Source: an uncultured Methanosarcinales archaeon
GTDB lineage: Archaea > Nanobdellota > Nanobdellia > Woesearchaeales > JAGWAF01
Length of the DNA stretch: 59,311 nt
Assembly: GCA_964597775.1 (NCBI GenBank)
Contig: CAZQZJ010000003.1
Coordinates: forward strand, 1 to 59,311
Direction: 5' to 3'
The notes below the pieces were generated by a model. The model did not search any database, had not been told where the DNA came from, and saw only the letters and a program-made list of their open reading frames with translations. This document shows positions 1-8,761 of this stretch, in pieces; within the stretch, counting starts at the first letter, position 1; each line of letters begins with the position of its first letter. The translations under genes were made by a program, and so were the position numbers.

Positions 1-66
1 ATAACAGTATATGCTAGCGATGGAGCAGCAGGGGCTGTTATGTATGCGACGCTAGTGGTGTGCTAA
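1..66 (+). CDS. 3' end of an upstream gene (partial)
   Basis: Frame 1 is open from base 1 (ITVYASDGAAGAVMYATLVVC*) to TAA at 64-66; same strand as the following genes. Confidence 0.35.
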   Translation: MTVYASDGAAGAVMYATLVVC

Positions 67-159
67 GCAACCAGAACATGTTTTCTTTTTTTTCCTTTTT
101 ATATTTTCTCAACTTTTAACTGCAACAAGCTTTTATACCCTACTTCCTTATTATTTTAC

Positions 160-780
160 ATGCATAAGAAAGGATTTGAGATTGCAGTGACAATGCTTGT
201 CGTACTCATACTCTCAATAGTTATCTTTGCTGGCGGACTCTACTTGATTCGAGAATACTTTATCTTAGCAAAAGAGGTCCAAGCACAAGTAGATGCAGAT
301 ACTGCAAGACAAATCAATGCTAAACTTCTTGAAGGCATAGAAAAAGTTATTATCCCAATCCATAAAAAACGTGCAACTGGTGGACAGGTTGTTACCTTTG
401 GCATGGGGGTTCTTAATACATTAGGAAACGAAAACACATTTGGCATGGATGTTTCCTTTGTCAATGCCTATGATAAAGACACAGAACAACTTATTGAAGA
501 AGCAGGACAAGACTATATCAACAAAAATTGGATTATACAAGAATATCCGGATTTTCTATTAGAAGCCAATGCACGAAAGGTTATTCCAATTAGTGTTCGT
601 GTAGACAACAAGATGAGTGAAGAGGTGACTACTAGGAGAGGGGGGATTTATGTGTTTAATGTATGCGTATATAAAGATCCATTAAAGCAAATTAATTGTG
701 GCGCAGAAAGATTTATACAACCTGATTTGGATGTGCTTCACGGTAACAAAGTCATAAAAATGTATGTGCAAACAGACTAA
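160..780 (+). CDS. Pilin-like protein with class III (prepilin) signal peptide
   Basis: MHKKG|FEIAVTMLVVLILSIVIF: basic residues, Gly, then a hydrophobic helix, as in archaeal type IV pilin-like proteins; TATA-like TTTTATAC near 131. Confidence 0.7.
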   Translation: MHKKGFEIAVTMLVVLILSIVIFAGGLYLIREYFILAKEVQAQVDADTARQINAKLLEGIEKVIIPIHKKRATGGQVVTFGMGVLNTLGNENTFGMDVSFVNAYDKDTEQLIEEAGQDYINKNWIIQEYPDFLLEANARKVIPISVRVDNKMSEEVTTRRGGIYVFNVCVYKDPLKQINCGAERFIQPDLDVLHGNKVIKMYVQTD

Positions 781-837
781 AAATTGGTTAAAGAAAGATT
801 TATATAGCAAGATATTTGGAAATAAGAAGAGGTTGAT

Positions 838-1440
838 ATGATACTTGACAGGCATCTTGCAAAACGCGGATCACTACAGCTCTCAATTGAAGCTATTGTA
901 GTTCTTATCATTGCTATTACTGTATTAGGGCTTGGACTTTCATTTGTTAAATCACTATTTGGCGGCACATTTGAAAAACTGAAAGGAATTTCAGAACAGC
1001 TTTCTGAAGAAGATAGAAGATCGCTTGAGAATTCGCAATTTGAAATTACCCTTCTTACCTCAGAAATTACAGTTACTGGAAAGGATGTTGGATTAAACTT
1101 TGCTATTCGAAACAACCGTAGATCAACTGTCAAATTCCAACTGCAAGGCAAGGAAGCAGAGAAACGTGCATTTACATGTTTTGATGTGATTGCAGATGAT
1201 ACTATCCGTACACGAGTACGGGATACAGCTAATCCAATTATCAAATTTGATACATTCCCAGACATCAAAGTAGATGCAGGCAAATCAGCAGTGATTCCAC
1301 TTAAGATTAGTGTTGAGGCTACTGCACCACCAACAATCTATGCATGCAAACTTGAACTCAAGATTATTGAAGAGCCAGCAGGACAAGTAGTTCCTGCACA
1401 AATATATTCAACCAAAGAGTTTTCCATTATCAAACAATAA
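838..1440 (+). CDS. Pilin-like protein with class III signal peptide
   Basis: AKRG|SLQLSIEAIVVLIIAITVLGLGL N-terminus and beta-rich C-terminal domain; SD-like GAGGTTGA upstream. Confidence 0.7.
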   Translation: MILDRHLAKRGSLQLSIEAIVVLIIAITVLGLGLSFVKSLFGGTFEKLKGISEQLSEEDRRSLENSQFEITLLTSEITVTGKDVGLNFAIRNNRRSTVKFQLQGKEAEKRAFTCFDVIADDTIRTRVRDTANPIIKFDTFPDIKVDAGKSAVIPLKISVEATAPPTIYACKLELKIIEEPAGQVVPAQIYSTKEFSIIKQ

Positions 1441-1445
1441 AAAAA

Positions 1446-1697
1446 ATGGCAGCAAACAAAAAAGGATCAGTCACTAGAAAAACACTAAAGCGAAAGCTTA
1501 GTGGAACAGAAGAATTTGAGATTATGAAACTTGTGCTTGATAAGGTATTATGGATGGGATTTGGCACACTAACCTACGGACTCTACCTTGCACTTACCTA
1601 TACTCTTGATGAAGCTAGATACTGGTTTTTATCAGGCGCAGTTATTCTACTCCTCTTCTCATGGATTATTATTAAAGAATATGAATTCATCCGGTAA
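1446..1697 (+). CDS. Small two-TM membrane protein
   Basis: 83 aa with two hydrophobic segments; starts 5 nt after the previous stop. Confidence 0.7.
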   Translation: MAANKKGSVTRKTLKRKLSGTEEFEIMKLVLDKVLWMGFGTLTYGLYLALTYTLDEARYWFLSGAVILLLFSWIIIKEYEFIR

Positions 1698-1720
1698 AAA
1701 AAAACCTAGCGGTTTTTTTT
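1697..1720. terminator. Putative bidirectional terminator hairpin
   Basis: A-tract-CC-TAGC-GG-T-tract between convergent genes. Confidence 0.45.
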
Positions 1721-1743
1721 AAAACATAAAATATTAGATACTA

Positions 1744-2403
1744 TTATATTTTTGAGACCAGATTCAGCAATGCCTTTTTCTGATTCTTAGCTAGCACAAT
1801 TCCTGAAGATACTAACACACCACAAGCACCTAATTCAAACGCAACCTTAACATCACGAGCAGTGTGAATTCCAGCACCAACAACCAAACAATTCTTACCA
1901 ACAATCCCTACACAATTTTTTAAGAGATCTGGATTTGCCAAAGACACTGAAATCTTTCCACCAATAAGATCAGGAGGCTCTACTGCAATATAATCAGGTC
2001 TTAACAATGCCAGACCTCTCACTTCTTGATAATTTGATGCACAAACCACCATCTTAAACTTTAATGCTTTTGCATGCGCAAGCGTTTGCTTAATAACAGT
2101 ATAACTCACCTGCTTCTCTACATGATTAAGCAAACTTCCACACACACCTGCACTTTTTAAGCTCTCAATGACTTGAGCACCTGTACATGCGCCACTTGTA
2201 TCTGGATCAACATGCTGTGCAAAAATAGGAACATCAACAGACTCTACAATATGCCTTAAATCCACTGCTTGAGGAATAACAACTATCAAAACACCAGTTT
2301 TTTCAGCAACCCAAGCACAGTGTTTTGCTAATCTTAGTGCAGCATCGCTACTTACCTGCATATAGGTCTTAAAATTAACAAATATTACAGGTTTTTTTAA
2401 CAT
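1744..2403 (-). CDS. tpiA: Triosephosphate isomerase, archaeal type
   Basis: VNFKTY, AQHVD, LLNHVE, VEPPDLIGG and GAGI motifs; ATG at 2403 (MLKKPVIF) preferred to the longer ORF-track start. Confidence 0.95.
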   Translation of the reverse strand: MLKKPVIFVNFKTYMQVSSDAALRLAKHCAWVAEKTGVLIVVIPQAVDLRHIVESVDVPIFAQHVDPDTSGACTGAQVIESLKSAGVCGSLLNHVEKQVSYTVIKQTLAHAKALKFKMVVCASNYQEVRGLALLRPDYIAVEPPDLIGGKISVSLANPDLLKNCVGIVGKNCLVVGAGIHTARDVKVAFELGACGVLVSSGIVLAKNQKKALLNLVSKI

Positions 2404-2425
2404 AGACTCACCTGTGCTTTTTTCA

Positions 2426-3664
2426 TTACTCAAGATCACCTATTTTTACCACAGATTCCTTGCCAGTTCTCATATCTCTTATAGTAACAAGACCTTTTGA
2501 AAAATCTCTTGAACCTATCACAATAACCTGTTTTGCACCAATTCCTGATGCAAACGCAAGCTGCTTTCCTAAACTTCGCCCAGCCAATTCCATCTCAACA
2601 CGATGATGCCTTCGCAAACGCACACACAACTTCCATGCATCATTTTTTACTGAATCATCAACTGGGGCAATCACAAACTCAGGTGAAACATCAATTTGTG
2701 GCATAAGATTTTTCTCTTCTAACAAAAGCAAAAGCGTCGAATAGCCAATCGCCATACCTGTTGCTGGCACAGCATCACCTCCAAATACTTTTACCATTTG
2801 ATCATATCTTCCACCACCACAGACTGCTCTAAACTTTTTCTTTGTATCAAAAATCTCAAAAACAGTGCCTGTATAATATGCAAGCCCACGAACAGTTGAA
2901 AGCGAAATCTGTACAAACTCTGACTCCAACAAATCATAGACTGCCTTAAGTTCATTAAACCCTTCTTGCGCAAGCTTATTCTTCTTAATCTTCTCAAGAG
3001 TTTTCATATCCTTAATCTCAAGTAATTTTAATACTTGTTCAGGATTTTTAAGAAATGCAAGCATCTTCCCAAACTCATCTGTGTTGACCTTATCATATTT
3101 ATCAATAATATGAAACACGTCACCCACCTGATTTTTTGATACACAATCCTCTAATAAACCTTGCATTAACTTACGATTGTTGATAAGTACAACAACATCA
3201 CTTCTTTTAAGACCCAACTCTTTGAGTGTTTCAATAGCAACCCCAATAACCTCAGCATCTGCATAAACACTTGATGAACCAAAAACTTCTACACCCATCT
3301 GATAAAACTCTCTTTGCCTACCATGCTGTGGACGCTCATATCTCCACATATTTGTTGCATACGACCACTTTACTGGTTTTTGCAACTCCTTTTGCAACTG
3401 CACAAACATTCGTGTCAGTGGCACAGTAAGATCAAATCTAAGCCCAAAACGCTCATTACCACGCTGTTCTAAAGTAAAGACTTGCTGCTTAATCTCATCT
3501 CCTTCTTTTTCACAAAGAACAGACCATTCTTCAAATGCAGGAGATTCAACCTCACTAAAATTAAATAGTGAGGCAACCCTGCGAAATACAGAGAACACAT
3601 TATTCTTAACTGCTTGCTCACGCGGATAGTAATCAATAGTACCTTTAGGTCTTTGAAACTTCAT
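2426..3664 (-). CDS. hisS: Histidyl-tRNA synthetase
   Basis: RPKGTIDY, LRFDLTVP, WRYERPQHGRQREFYQ, RGLAYYTG and GGGRYD motifs plus the anticodon-binding domain. Confidence 0.97.
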   Translation of the reverse strand: MKFQRPKGTIDYYPREQAVKNNVFSVFRRVASLFNFSEVESPAFEEWSVLCEKEGDEIKQQVFTLEQRGNERFGLRFDLTVPLTRMFVQLQKELQKPVKWSYATNMWRYERPQHGRQREFYQMGVEVFGSSSVYADAEVIGVAIETLKELGLKRSDVVVLINNRKLMQGLLEDCVSKNQVGDVFHIIDKYDKVNTDEFGKMLAFLKNPEQVLKLLEIKDMKTLEKIKKNKLAQEGFNELKAVYDLLESEFVQISLSTVRGLAYYTGTVFEIFDTKKKFRAVCGGGRYDQMVKVFGGDAVPATGMAIGYSTLLLLLEEKNLMPQIDVSPEFVIAPVDDSVKNDAWKLCVRLRRHHRVEMELAGRSLGKQLAFASGIGAKQVIVIGSRDFSKGLVTIRDMRTGKESVVKIGDLE

Positions 3665-3756
3665 GCAACCAGAACACCTTGCACAGTATTTATAAGTTAC
3701 GGGAAAATTAAACTGTGATTACTTTGTCCAAAAAATGACATTATCCATTTTTTTGG

Positions 3757-3884
3757 GGGGTTGTGGTCTAGCTTGGTATGATTCACGGATGGGGTCCGCG
3801 AGATCGGGTGCACCCAAGGTCTTCTACCTTGTGGCACACAAACTCACGAAGTGAGTTTGTTGGGTTCAAATCCTCCCAACCCCA
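3757..3884 (+). tRNA. tRNA-Pro(GGG) with a 54-nt insertion in the T-stem (50/51 or 51/52)
   Basis: Acceptor GGGGTTG/CAACCCC+A73, D-arm GTCT-AGCTTGGTA-TGAT, anticodon arm CACGG-AT-GGG-GT-CCGCG, GGTTCAAATCC T-arm. Removing 3808-3861 gives a 74-nt cloverleaf. Confidence 0.85.
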
Positions 3885-4167
3885 TTTTGAAGGATTTGGA
3901 CCGTCTGGGCTTTGTGGAACGGTTTATAGTCGATAAAGTGAGAAAGAGCGTCATGATGATCGGATTTCAGATTGCGGCCAAATGAGTGTTCTGTCATGGT
4001 TGTTGACCGGACGCGACTTCTCCGCGCTGTTCGGTTGATTCTCTGTTGACTTTTATCGTCGTTGAACTACATACATGTTCCCCTGCCAAACAGGATTTGG
4101 ACCGTTTTCTAGAAGGTTGACATAACCGAAGGCAAATAGGGAAAATTCTCACCCATAAAAATCCAAA

Positions 4168-4593
4168 TCACTTTTTAAGCACGCCCTCAACTGCTTTGAT
4201 AAAATCTTCCGCAGTCTCAATTACATTCTTGGCCTCACCGTAATCTATCCTGATCGGATCAAGACCATAATTGATGGCATGCCTATCAAGGCGAAGTGTA
4301 TTGAGCTCATTCAAAAACCTCAATTCAAGGCGATCGGCATATTGCTCCTTGACATACACGAACAGCGCAAAATGGCTCTTCTCAACATAACCGTCCCGGA
4401 ACAACAAAGACCTCGCGGCATGAAACATGCTTGCGTAGGCATTTGCGACTGCTTCCTCAGGGACTATCTTCAGGACCTTTTTAGCCACCTCAATCTTATG
4501 CCATGCCCTCTCGATCGATTTTGCCGCCTTCTCATTATCCGGGACGTCCCGCCTGAGAAGACCCTTTGCAACACATTGTTTGATGTCCATCAT
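4168..4593 (-). CDS. HEPN domain protein (putative toxin)
   Basis: AYASMFHAARSLL...KSH and Rx4HxxxY-like LRLDRHAINY; overlaps the upstream MNT gene. Confidence 0.85.
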   Translation of the reverse strand: MMDIKQCVAKGLLRRDVPDNEKAAKSIERAWHKIEVAKKVLKIVPEEAVANAYASMFHAARSLLFRDGYVEKSHFALFVYVKEQYADRLELRFLNELNTLRLDRHAINYGLDPIRIDYGEAKNVIETAEDFIKAVEGVLKK

Positions 4594-5138
4594 CTCACCA
4601 CAGGAATCTCTCCATGAATCGCGATGCCTCCAATGACCACGTTATCATAGAACGCCTTGTCGTCACGGGCCTTGACCTTCCATTGCGAAGGCGTGAATTG
4701 CATCCATGACACCTCACGATCCAAGACTTTCTCCGATTTTAGCCCGTTGAAGGAAACATTTGACCGGGAGATAATCACGATATCCACATCGCTGTCGGGC
4801 ATATCTGTTCCGCGCGCCACCGAGCCGAACAAAATGACTGACAATATCGCCGGGTTCTTTTTGAGGAGCTCCTCGATCAAACCAACCTCATGGATTCGCC
4901 CAAGAGACAGGGACGCTTTAAGATGCCGAACCAGAACATTATCTCTGTCCAGTTCACACAGGATCATCCTTCCAAGGGGCGTTCGCTTCACCAACCGATA
5001 ATCAGCCAAATAGTCGACTACGCGCTTAGCCGACGTGAGCCCTACACCCGCTCGCTTAGCTATCACGGTCATCGATTCGGGATGCTTTGTTTGCGACATG
5101 CTTTCAAAAACACGGAAAAGGGCATAAGATCGGATCAT
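4590..5138 (-). CDS. wHTH plus minimal nucleotidyltransferase (MNT) antitoxin
   Basis: SVILFGSVARG...DSDVDIVII MNT motif and N-terminal HTH (IAKRAGVGLTSAKRVV); ATG at 5138 with an SD-like GGTGTGGG. Confidence 0.88.
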   Translation of the reverse strand: MIRSYALFRVFESMSQTKHPESMTVIAKRAGVGLTSAKRVVDYLADYRLVKRTPLGRMILCELDRDNVLVRHLKASLSLGRIHEVGLIEELLKKNPAILSVILFGSVARGTDMPDSDVDIVIISRSNVSFNGLKSEKVLDREVSWMQFTPSQWKVKARDDKAFYDNVVIGGIAIHGEIPVVR

Positions 5139-5183
5139 ACACCCACACCAATGATCCTTCCTTAAATGGTTTTCCATTATTCA

Positions 5184-5203
5184 ATATTCTTTAAAAAGAA
5201 TAT
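5184..5203. promoter_or_regulatory. Palindromic operator candidate upstream of MNT-HEPN
   Basis: ATATTCTTT-AA-AAAGAATAT (9-bp arms) overlaps a TATA-like TTTTTAAA on the minus strand. Confidence 0.45.
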
Positions 5204-5380
5204 ATCTTCTTTTAAAGGCAGATTACTTCCTTTAAAGGTGAATAAGATTACCAGCCTGGCAGATTCCAGACTGTAGGACAAATGCACTGCTCTCCTCCAA
5301 AAATCCATAGAAATGTAACCGAACAGTCCAGAGAACCCCATTTGCACCAAACATAAAAAGAAGTGCCTTATCCTTGATTT

Positions 5381-8047
5381 GTGGGGATGTTTATTGATTA
5401 TTGCGAGGTTAAGAAAAAGGCTGGCCGTTTCTATGCATATCTCTCTTTTCGTGATAAGAATCTCTCCTATGGCCCAGTATTTCTTGAATATCCATCAATA
5501 GTTAAGTGGGGTGCGTATCCTTACAAAAAAGAGTGCTTGTTAACTCATACCTTCTCTGCAATGCATCTTGATGATGATATGGTAAAAAAGGTAGTTGGTT
5601 ATATAAAAGAAGCATATCCAAGCTGGAATCTCGCAGAGAAGAAGAGGCCTTTTCATGTAGTGCAGGTTTCAAATGCACCAATCCATGATGTACTAGGTTT
5701 ACCAGATTGGATAAAATCATTATTTGAACCTGGCCATTATTCAGAGCAACTAAAATGGCAACTTGGTTGGCCAAATCGAAGAGTTGAGATAGATGAGATA
5801 TTACAGAATGCATTGGTGTTGCATCATAAAATTAATACAACATATGATGAGATTCATAAGAAATGTAGGGGCAGAGTAGATAAAATAAGACCTATTATAA
5901 AAGATAATCTTGCTGAGCTTAGTATTTTATTATCTGAGGTTGATATAAAGAATAAAGCTGTTATCGATACTAGAGATCATGTTGTTGATATATATTTAGA
6001 TTCTTGTTCAGGTTTTCGCCTGCTTTGGCAACAATTAACTGCTGATGAAGTAAAAAGATTGCCATGGTGTTTTCTTGACACTGAAAAAAAGTTTTATCAG
6101 TATAAGGAATTAGCAAGTAACTGTATTGTTTCATTGCTATTTAAACAATGCGATGGCTCTCTAATTGGTGAGATACATACAACTGAGAATCCTGCTAAGG
6201 ATGCATTTGCTGTTGCTGCAGGTGAGGTGTCTGCTGATTTTAGTATTCTACGATATGATAATGAGGCTGGTATGGTACAGGGTGTTAGACAGAAAATAAA
6301 AGAGATGAATCCTTATTTATTGATAGGACATAATATTGGATATGATATAAAGGAGTTAAATAATGATAAGAATTTTAGTGTTGGAATAAGAAATACCAAA
6401 CCTGCACGTCGTGGGTTTTTTAGATTTTTAGATAGATTCCTGTGCCAAGGCATGGAGATTGTAGATACGTATGCATTATTTAAATCACGTGATGTGGATT
6501 ATGCGCGTTATACATTAGAACAGGTTGCTGGATTTCAGAAGATTATCAATTATGAAAAACTAATGCAACTTATTGAAGAGGGAATGCAAGGAAGGCGTGA
6601 ATCACTAAATAATGTATTTTCTTATGCTGGCAAGGATGTGCTGGTTTTATACCATATGTTATGCCATGGCCAGGAGGCAAAACATGATATTCTTAGTGAC
6701 TTGGTTGTTGAGTGCAATACATTTGGCAACTCGCTTACTGAGGCTGCTCATAATGTGGCAAGTGTTTCTAAATTAAGAAAGAAAGTTTTTTATGAAGAAA
6801 CTGGTTTATATCGTGATTTATTAATGCCGCTTAATCTGCGTTTAGCCAGAATAGAGGCGGCAAGACATGGAATTGGAGAGTTAGTGCATGAGGGATTGGG
6901 TTTAGACGCTTATCAAGAACGAGGACTTATAAAAAATGTTCAGAAGTTCTATGTAAACATAGAATCTAGTATGCCTCCATTGCTTTACACAAAATGTGAT
7001 ATTATAAGTTATCTTGAGCATACCTGGGGTAAACACGATTCTCGCCGAAAGTTTCGCCTATCCCAAGTCTTGCGTGCCTTTGCTCAAGATGTTTGGATTG
7101 ATTGGTGGTTTTGTATACAAAAAAATAGAAATCTTGAGGATAAGATTAAGGAATGCCAGCCTGAGTTGATGCAGACTTCTCTTGAGAAATTTCGCCAGGA
7201 TAAAGAATGTTATGAATTGTTTAAGAAAAATAATAAAAATAATAAGCGTCAAAATCTTAGATTAGTTGAAGAATATATCAATAATAACCAGATTTGTGCT
7301 GACCCTTTTTTGCTCAAACACATCTTTGAGCTTGCTATAACATCTGATAGTGCAGATCATCGCTTTTTTGGCGAGCATGGCTTCTCAACAAAACAATGGC
7401 ATGAGCGCTTAAAGGGTTCATTGCGTTTTATTCATGAGTGGATTATGCAACATGAGGTTGTGTATTATGATAATCGAATCTTGTTTGTAAATGGCAACCC
7501 TGATATTCCCTGCTATGTTCATCTTATTCCTTTGGGAAATCGTGATGTGTTACGTGGAGAGTATGGCTTATTATATAAGGAACGTGGTTCATATCGTGGT
7601 TTGGAGATTAAGGAGCACCCAACAAAAAATAATTACTTATTTGATATGGAGCAGAATGCTGCCATTACTGATGCACTCTTAGAAAATGATTTTGAAAAGG
7701 CATGTGGGATCTTGTTTAGTGGTGCGCTTGCACTTAAGAATGGCACAATTGAAAAGAAGCTGTTGTTGTATAAAGAAAATGGAGAGGATTTTACCTTTTG
7801 TGGTGTTGATATAACTGGAACAAGGAGTATGTCTATAGAAGAGGTAGGTAATGGTCTTGAGGATTTTCTACCTAATCTAGAATGGTATGCTCATAAGTCG
7901 TTTGGTGTGAGTAAACAGGGTGCTGCCTTTAGCCAGGGACGCCAACTTGCGCCTTTTTTGTTTTGGAATCTTTCAGATAACCAACGGTTGCATATCAAAA
8001 AAAGATTATCACATATCTGGTTTTCGAATCAGCAGTTGCTTTTTTGA
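5381..8047 (+). CDS. Family B DNA polymerase-like protein; exonuclease motifs present, polymerase motifs degenerate
   Basis: ExoI FLDTE, ExoII IGHNIGYD, ExoIII YAGKD. Motif A-like FYVNIESSMPP and motif C-like VVYYDNRILFV lack the canonical DxxSLYP and YGDTDS. Confidence 0.7.
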   Translation: MGMFIDYCEVKKKAGRFYAYLSFRDKNLSYGPVFLEYPSIVKWGAYPYKKECLLTHTFSAMHLDDDMVKKVVGYIKEAYPSWNLAEKKRPFHVVQVSNAPIHDVLGLPDWIKSLFEPGHYSEQLKWQLGWPNRRVEIDEILQNALVLHHKINTTYDEIHKKCRGRVDKIRPIIKDNLAELSILLSEVDIKNKAVIDTRDHVVDIYLDSCSGFRLLWQQLTADEVKRLPWCFLDTEKKFYQYKELASNCIVSLLFKQCDGSLIGEIHTTENPAKDAFAVAAGEVSADFSILRYDNEAGMVQGVRQKIKEMNPYLLIGHNIGYDIKELNNDKNFSVGIRNTKPARRGFFRFLDRFLCQGMEIVDTYALFKSRDVDYARYTLEQVAGFQKIINYEKLMQLIEEGMQGRRESLNNVFSYAGKDVLVLYHMLCHGQEAKHDILSDLVVECNTFGNSLTEAAHNVASVSKLRKKVFYEETGLYRDLLMPLNLRLARIEAARHGIGELVHEGLGLDAYQERGLIKNVQKFYVNIESSMPPLLYTKCDIISYLEHTWGKHDSRRKFRLSQVLRAFAQDVWIDWWFCIQKNRNLEDKIKECQPELMQTSLEKFRQDKECYELFKKNNKNNKRQNLRLVEEYINNNQICADPFLLKHIFELAITSDSADHRFFGEHGFSTKQWHERLKGSLRFIHEWIMQHEVVYYDNRILFVNGNPDIPCYVHLIPLGNRDVLRGEYGLLYKERGSYRGLEIKEHPTKNNYLFDMEQNAAITDALLENDFEKACGILFSGALALKNGTIEKKLLLYKENGEDFTFCGVDITGTRSMSIEEVGNGLEDFLPNLEWYAHKSFGVSKQGAAFSQGRQLAPFLFWNLSDNQRLHIKKRLSHIWFSNQQLLF

Positions 8048-8132
8048 TTTTTCAAAATCTTTGGTGGTCAAGGAATCTTGGATAGAGTCCTAGTAGGATT
8101 AGCTTTAATAAGTTCTAGGAATTGGTAGGTGT

Positions 8133-8381
8133 GTGGCACAAGGTAATCAGAATAATAGGTATACAGCACAAGGTAATAATGATCCGTTGTATCGAAAGCG
8201 TTTTTATGCATCTCAGTTAAGGCTTTCATTGGCTGCCTTGGTTGGTGGTGTTGGTATTTCCTATGCAGCTATGAATGGGTATGTTCGTGATTCGTATAAA
8301 CCTTCTCTGGTTACTGATCTTGGTGTTGCTGTGGCTGCTGCTGGTTTGGCTGGTGTGTTGTATAATGTTAAGCGTGAGTAG
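8133..8381 (+). CDS. Small membrane protein
   Basis: 82 aa, GTG start, two hydrophobic segments, short N-terminal duplication AQGNQN/AQGNND. Confidence 0.55.
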   Translation: MAQGNQNNRYTAQGNNDPLYRKRFYASQLRLSLAALVGGVGISYAAMNGYVRDSYKPSLVTDLGVAVAAAGLAGVLYNVKRE

Positions 8382-8706
8382 TTGATGGTTGTTGGTGTTG
8401 TGTTTTAGCCCATTCCTGTACTTCTTGTGATCCATGAATATTTGCTTCTGACCCGAGGGAGTAGTAGGTTTTTTTGACAATTCCCCCCCAAGAAAATTCT
8501 CCTTGTTCTTGCCGTACTTCAGTGATAATAAATTCGCCAAGACTTACTCCTTTGTGCAAATGGTAATAAATAGATTCTCGCGTGCATGGTGTGAAGATAG
8601 TGATATAGATTTTATGAATTTCGTAGCCATATGCTTTGTGAACAACTGCTAGTATTTCTGCAATGCGTTGTCGAATCTCTGATCCTACTGGTCTGCCAGG
8701 TTTCAT
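8368..8706 (-). CDS. Winged-helix-like hypothetical protein
   Basis: EIRQRIAEIL...YGYEIHKIY...SIYYHL...KTYYSLG resembles PadR-like wHTH; ATG at 8706. Confidence 0.6.
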   Translation of the reverse strand: MKPGRPVGSEIRQRIAEILAVVHKAYGYEIHKIYITIFTPCTRESIYYHLHKGVSLGEFIITEVRQEQGEFSWGGIVKKTYYSLGSEANIHGSQEVQEWAKTQHQQPSTTHA

Positions 8707-8761
8707 GTGTTTCGCATGTGATCCTTTTATAGATAGCTTTTTATAACTTTGGTAATAGATT

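Larger units (their letters stand above)
3878..5343. mobile_element. tRNA-Pro-associated mini-island carrying a HEPN-MNT pair
   Basis: AACCCCATTT at the tRNA 3' end (3878-3887) recurs at 5334-5343; the enclosed DNA is visibly more GC-rich than its flanks. No integrase present. Confidence 0.55.

Noticed and set aside
5220-5380. Replication origin at the skew switch
   Set aside because: No ORB-like repeats or cdc6/orc1 gene, and the opposite switch only 9 kb away fits a rearrangement better.
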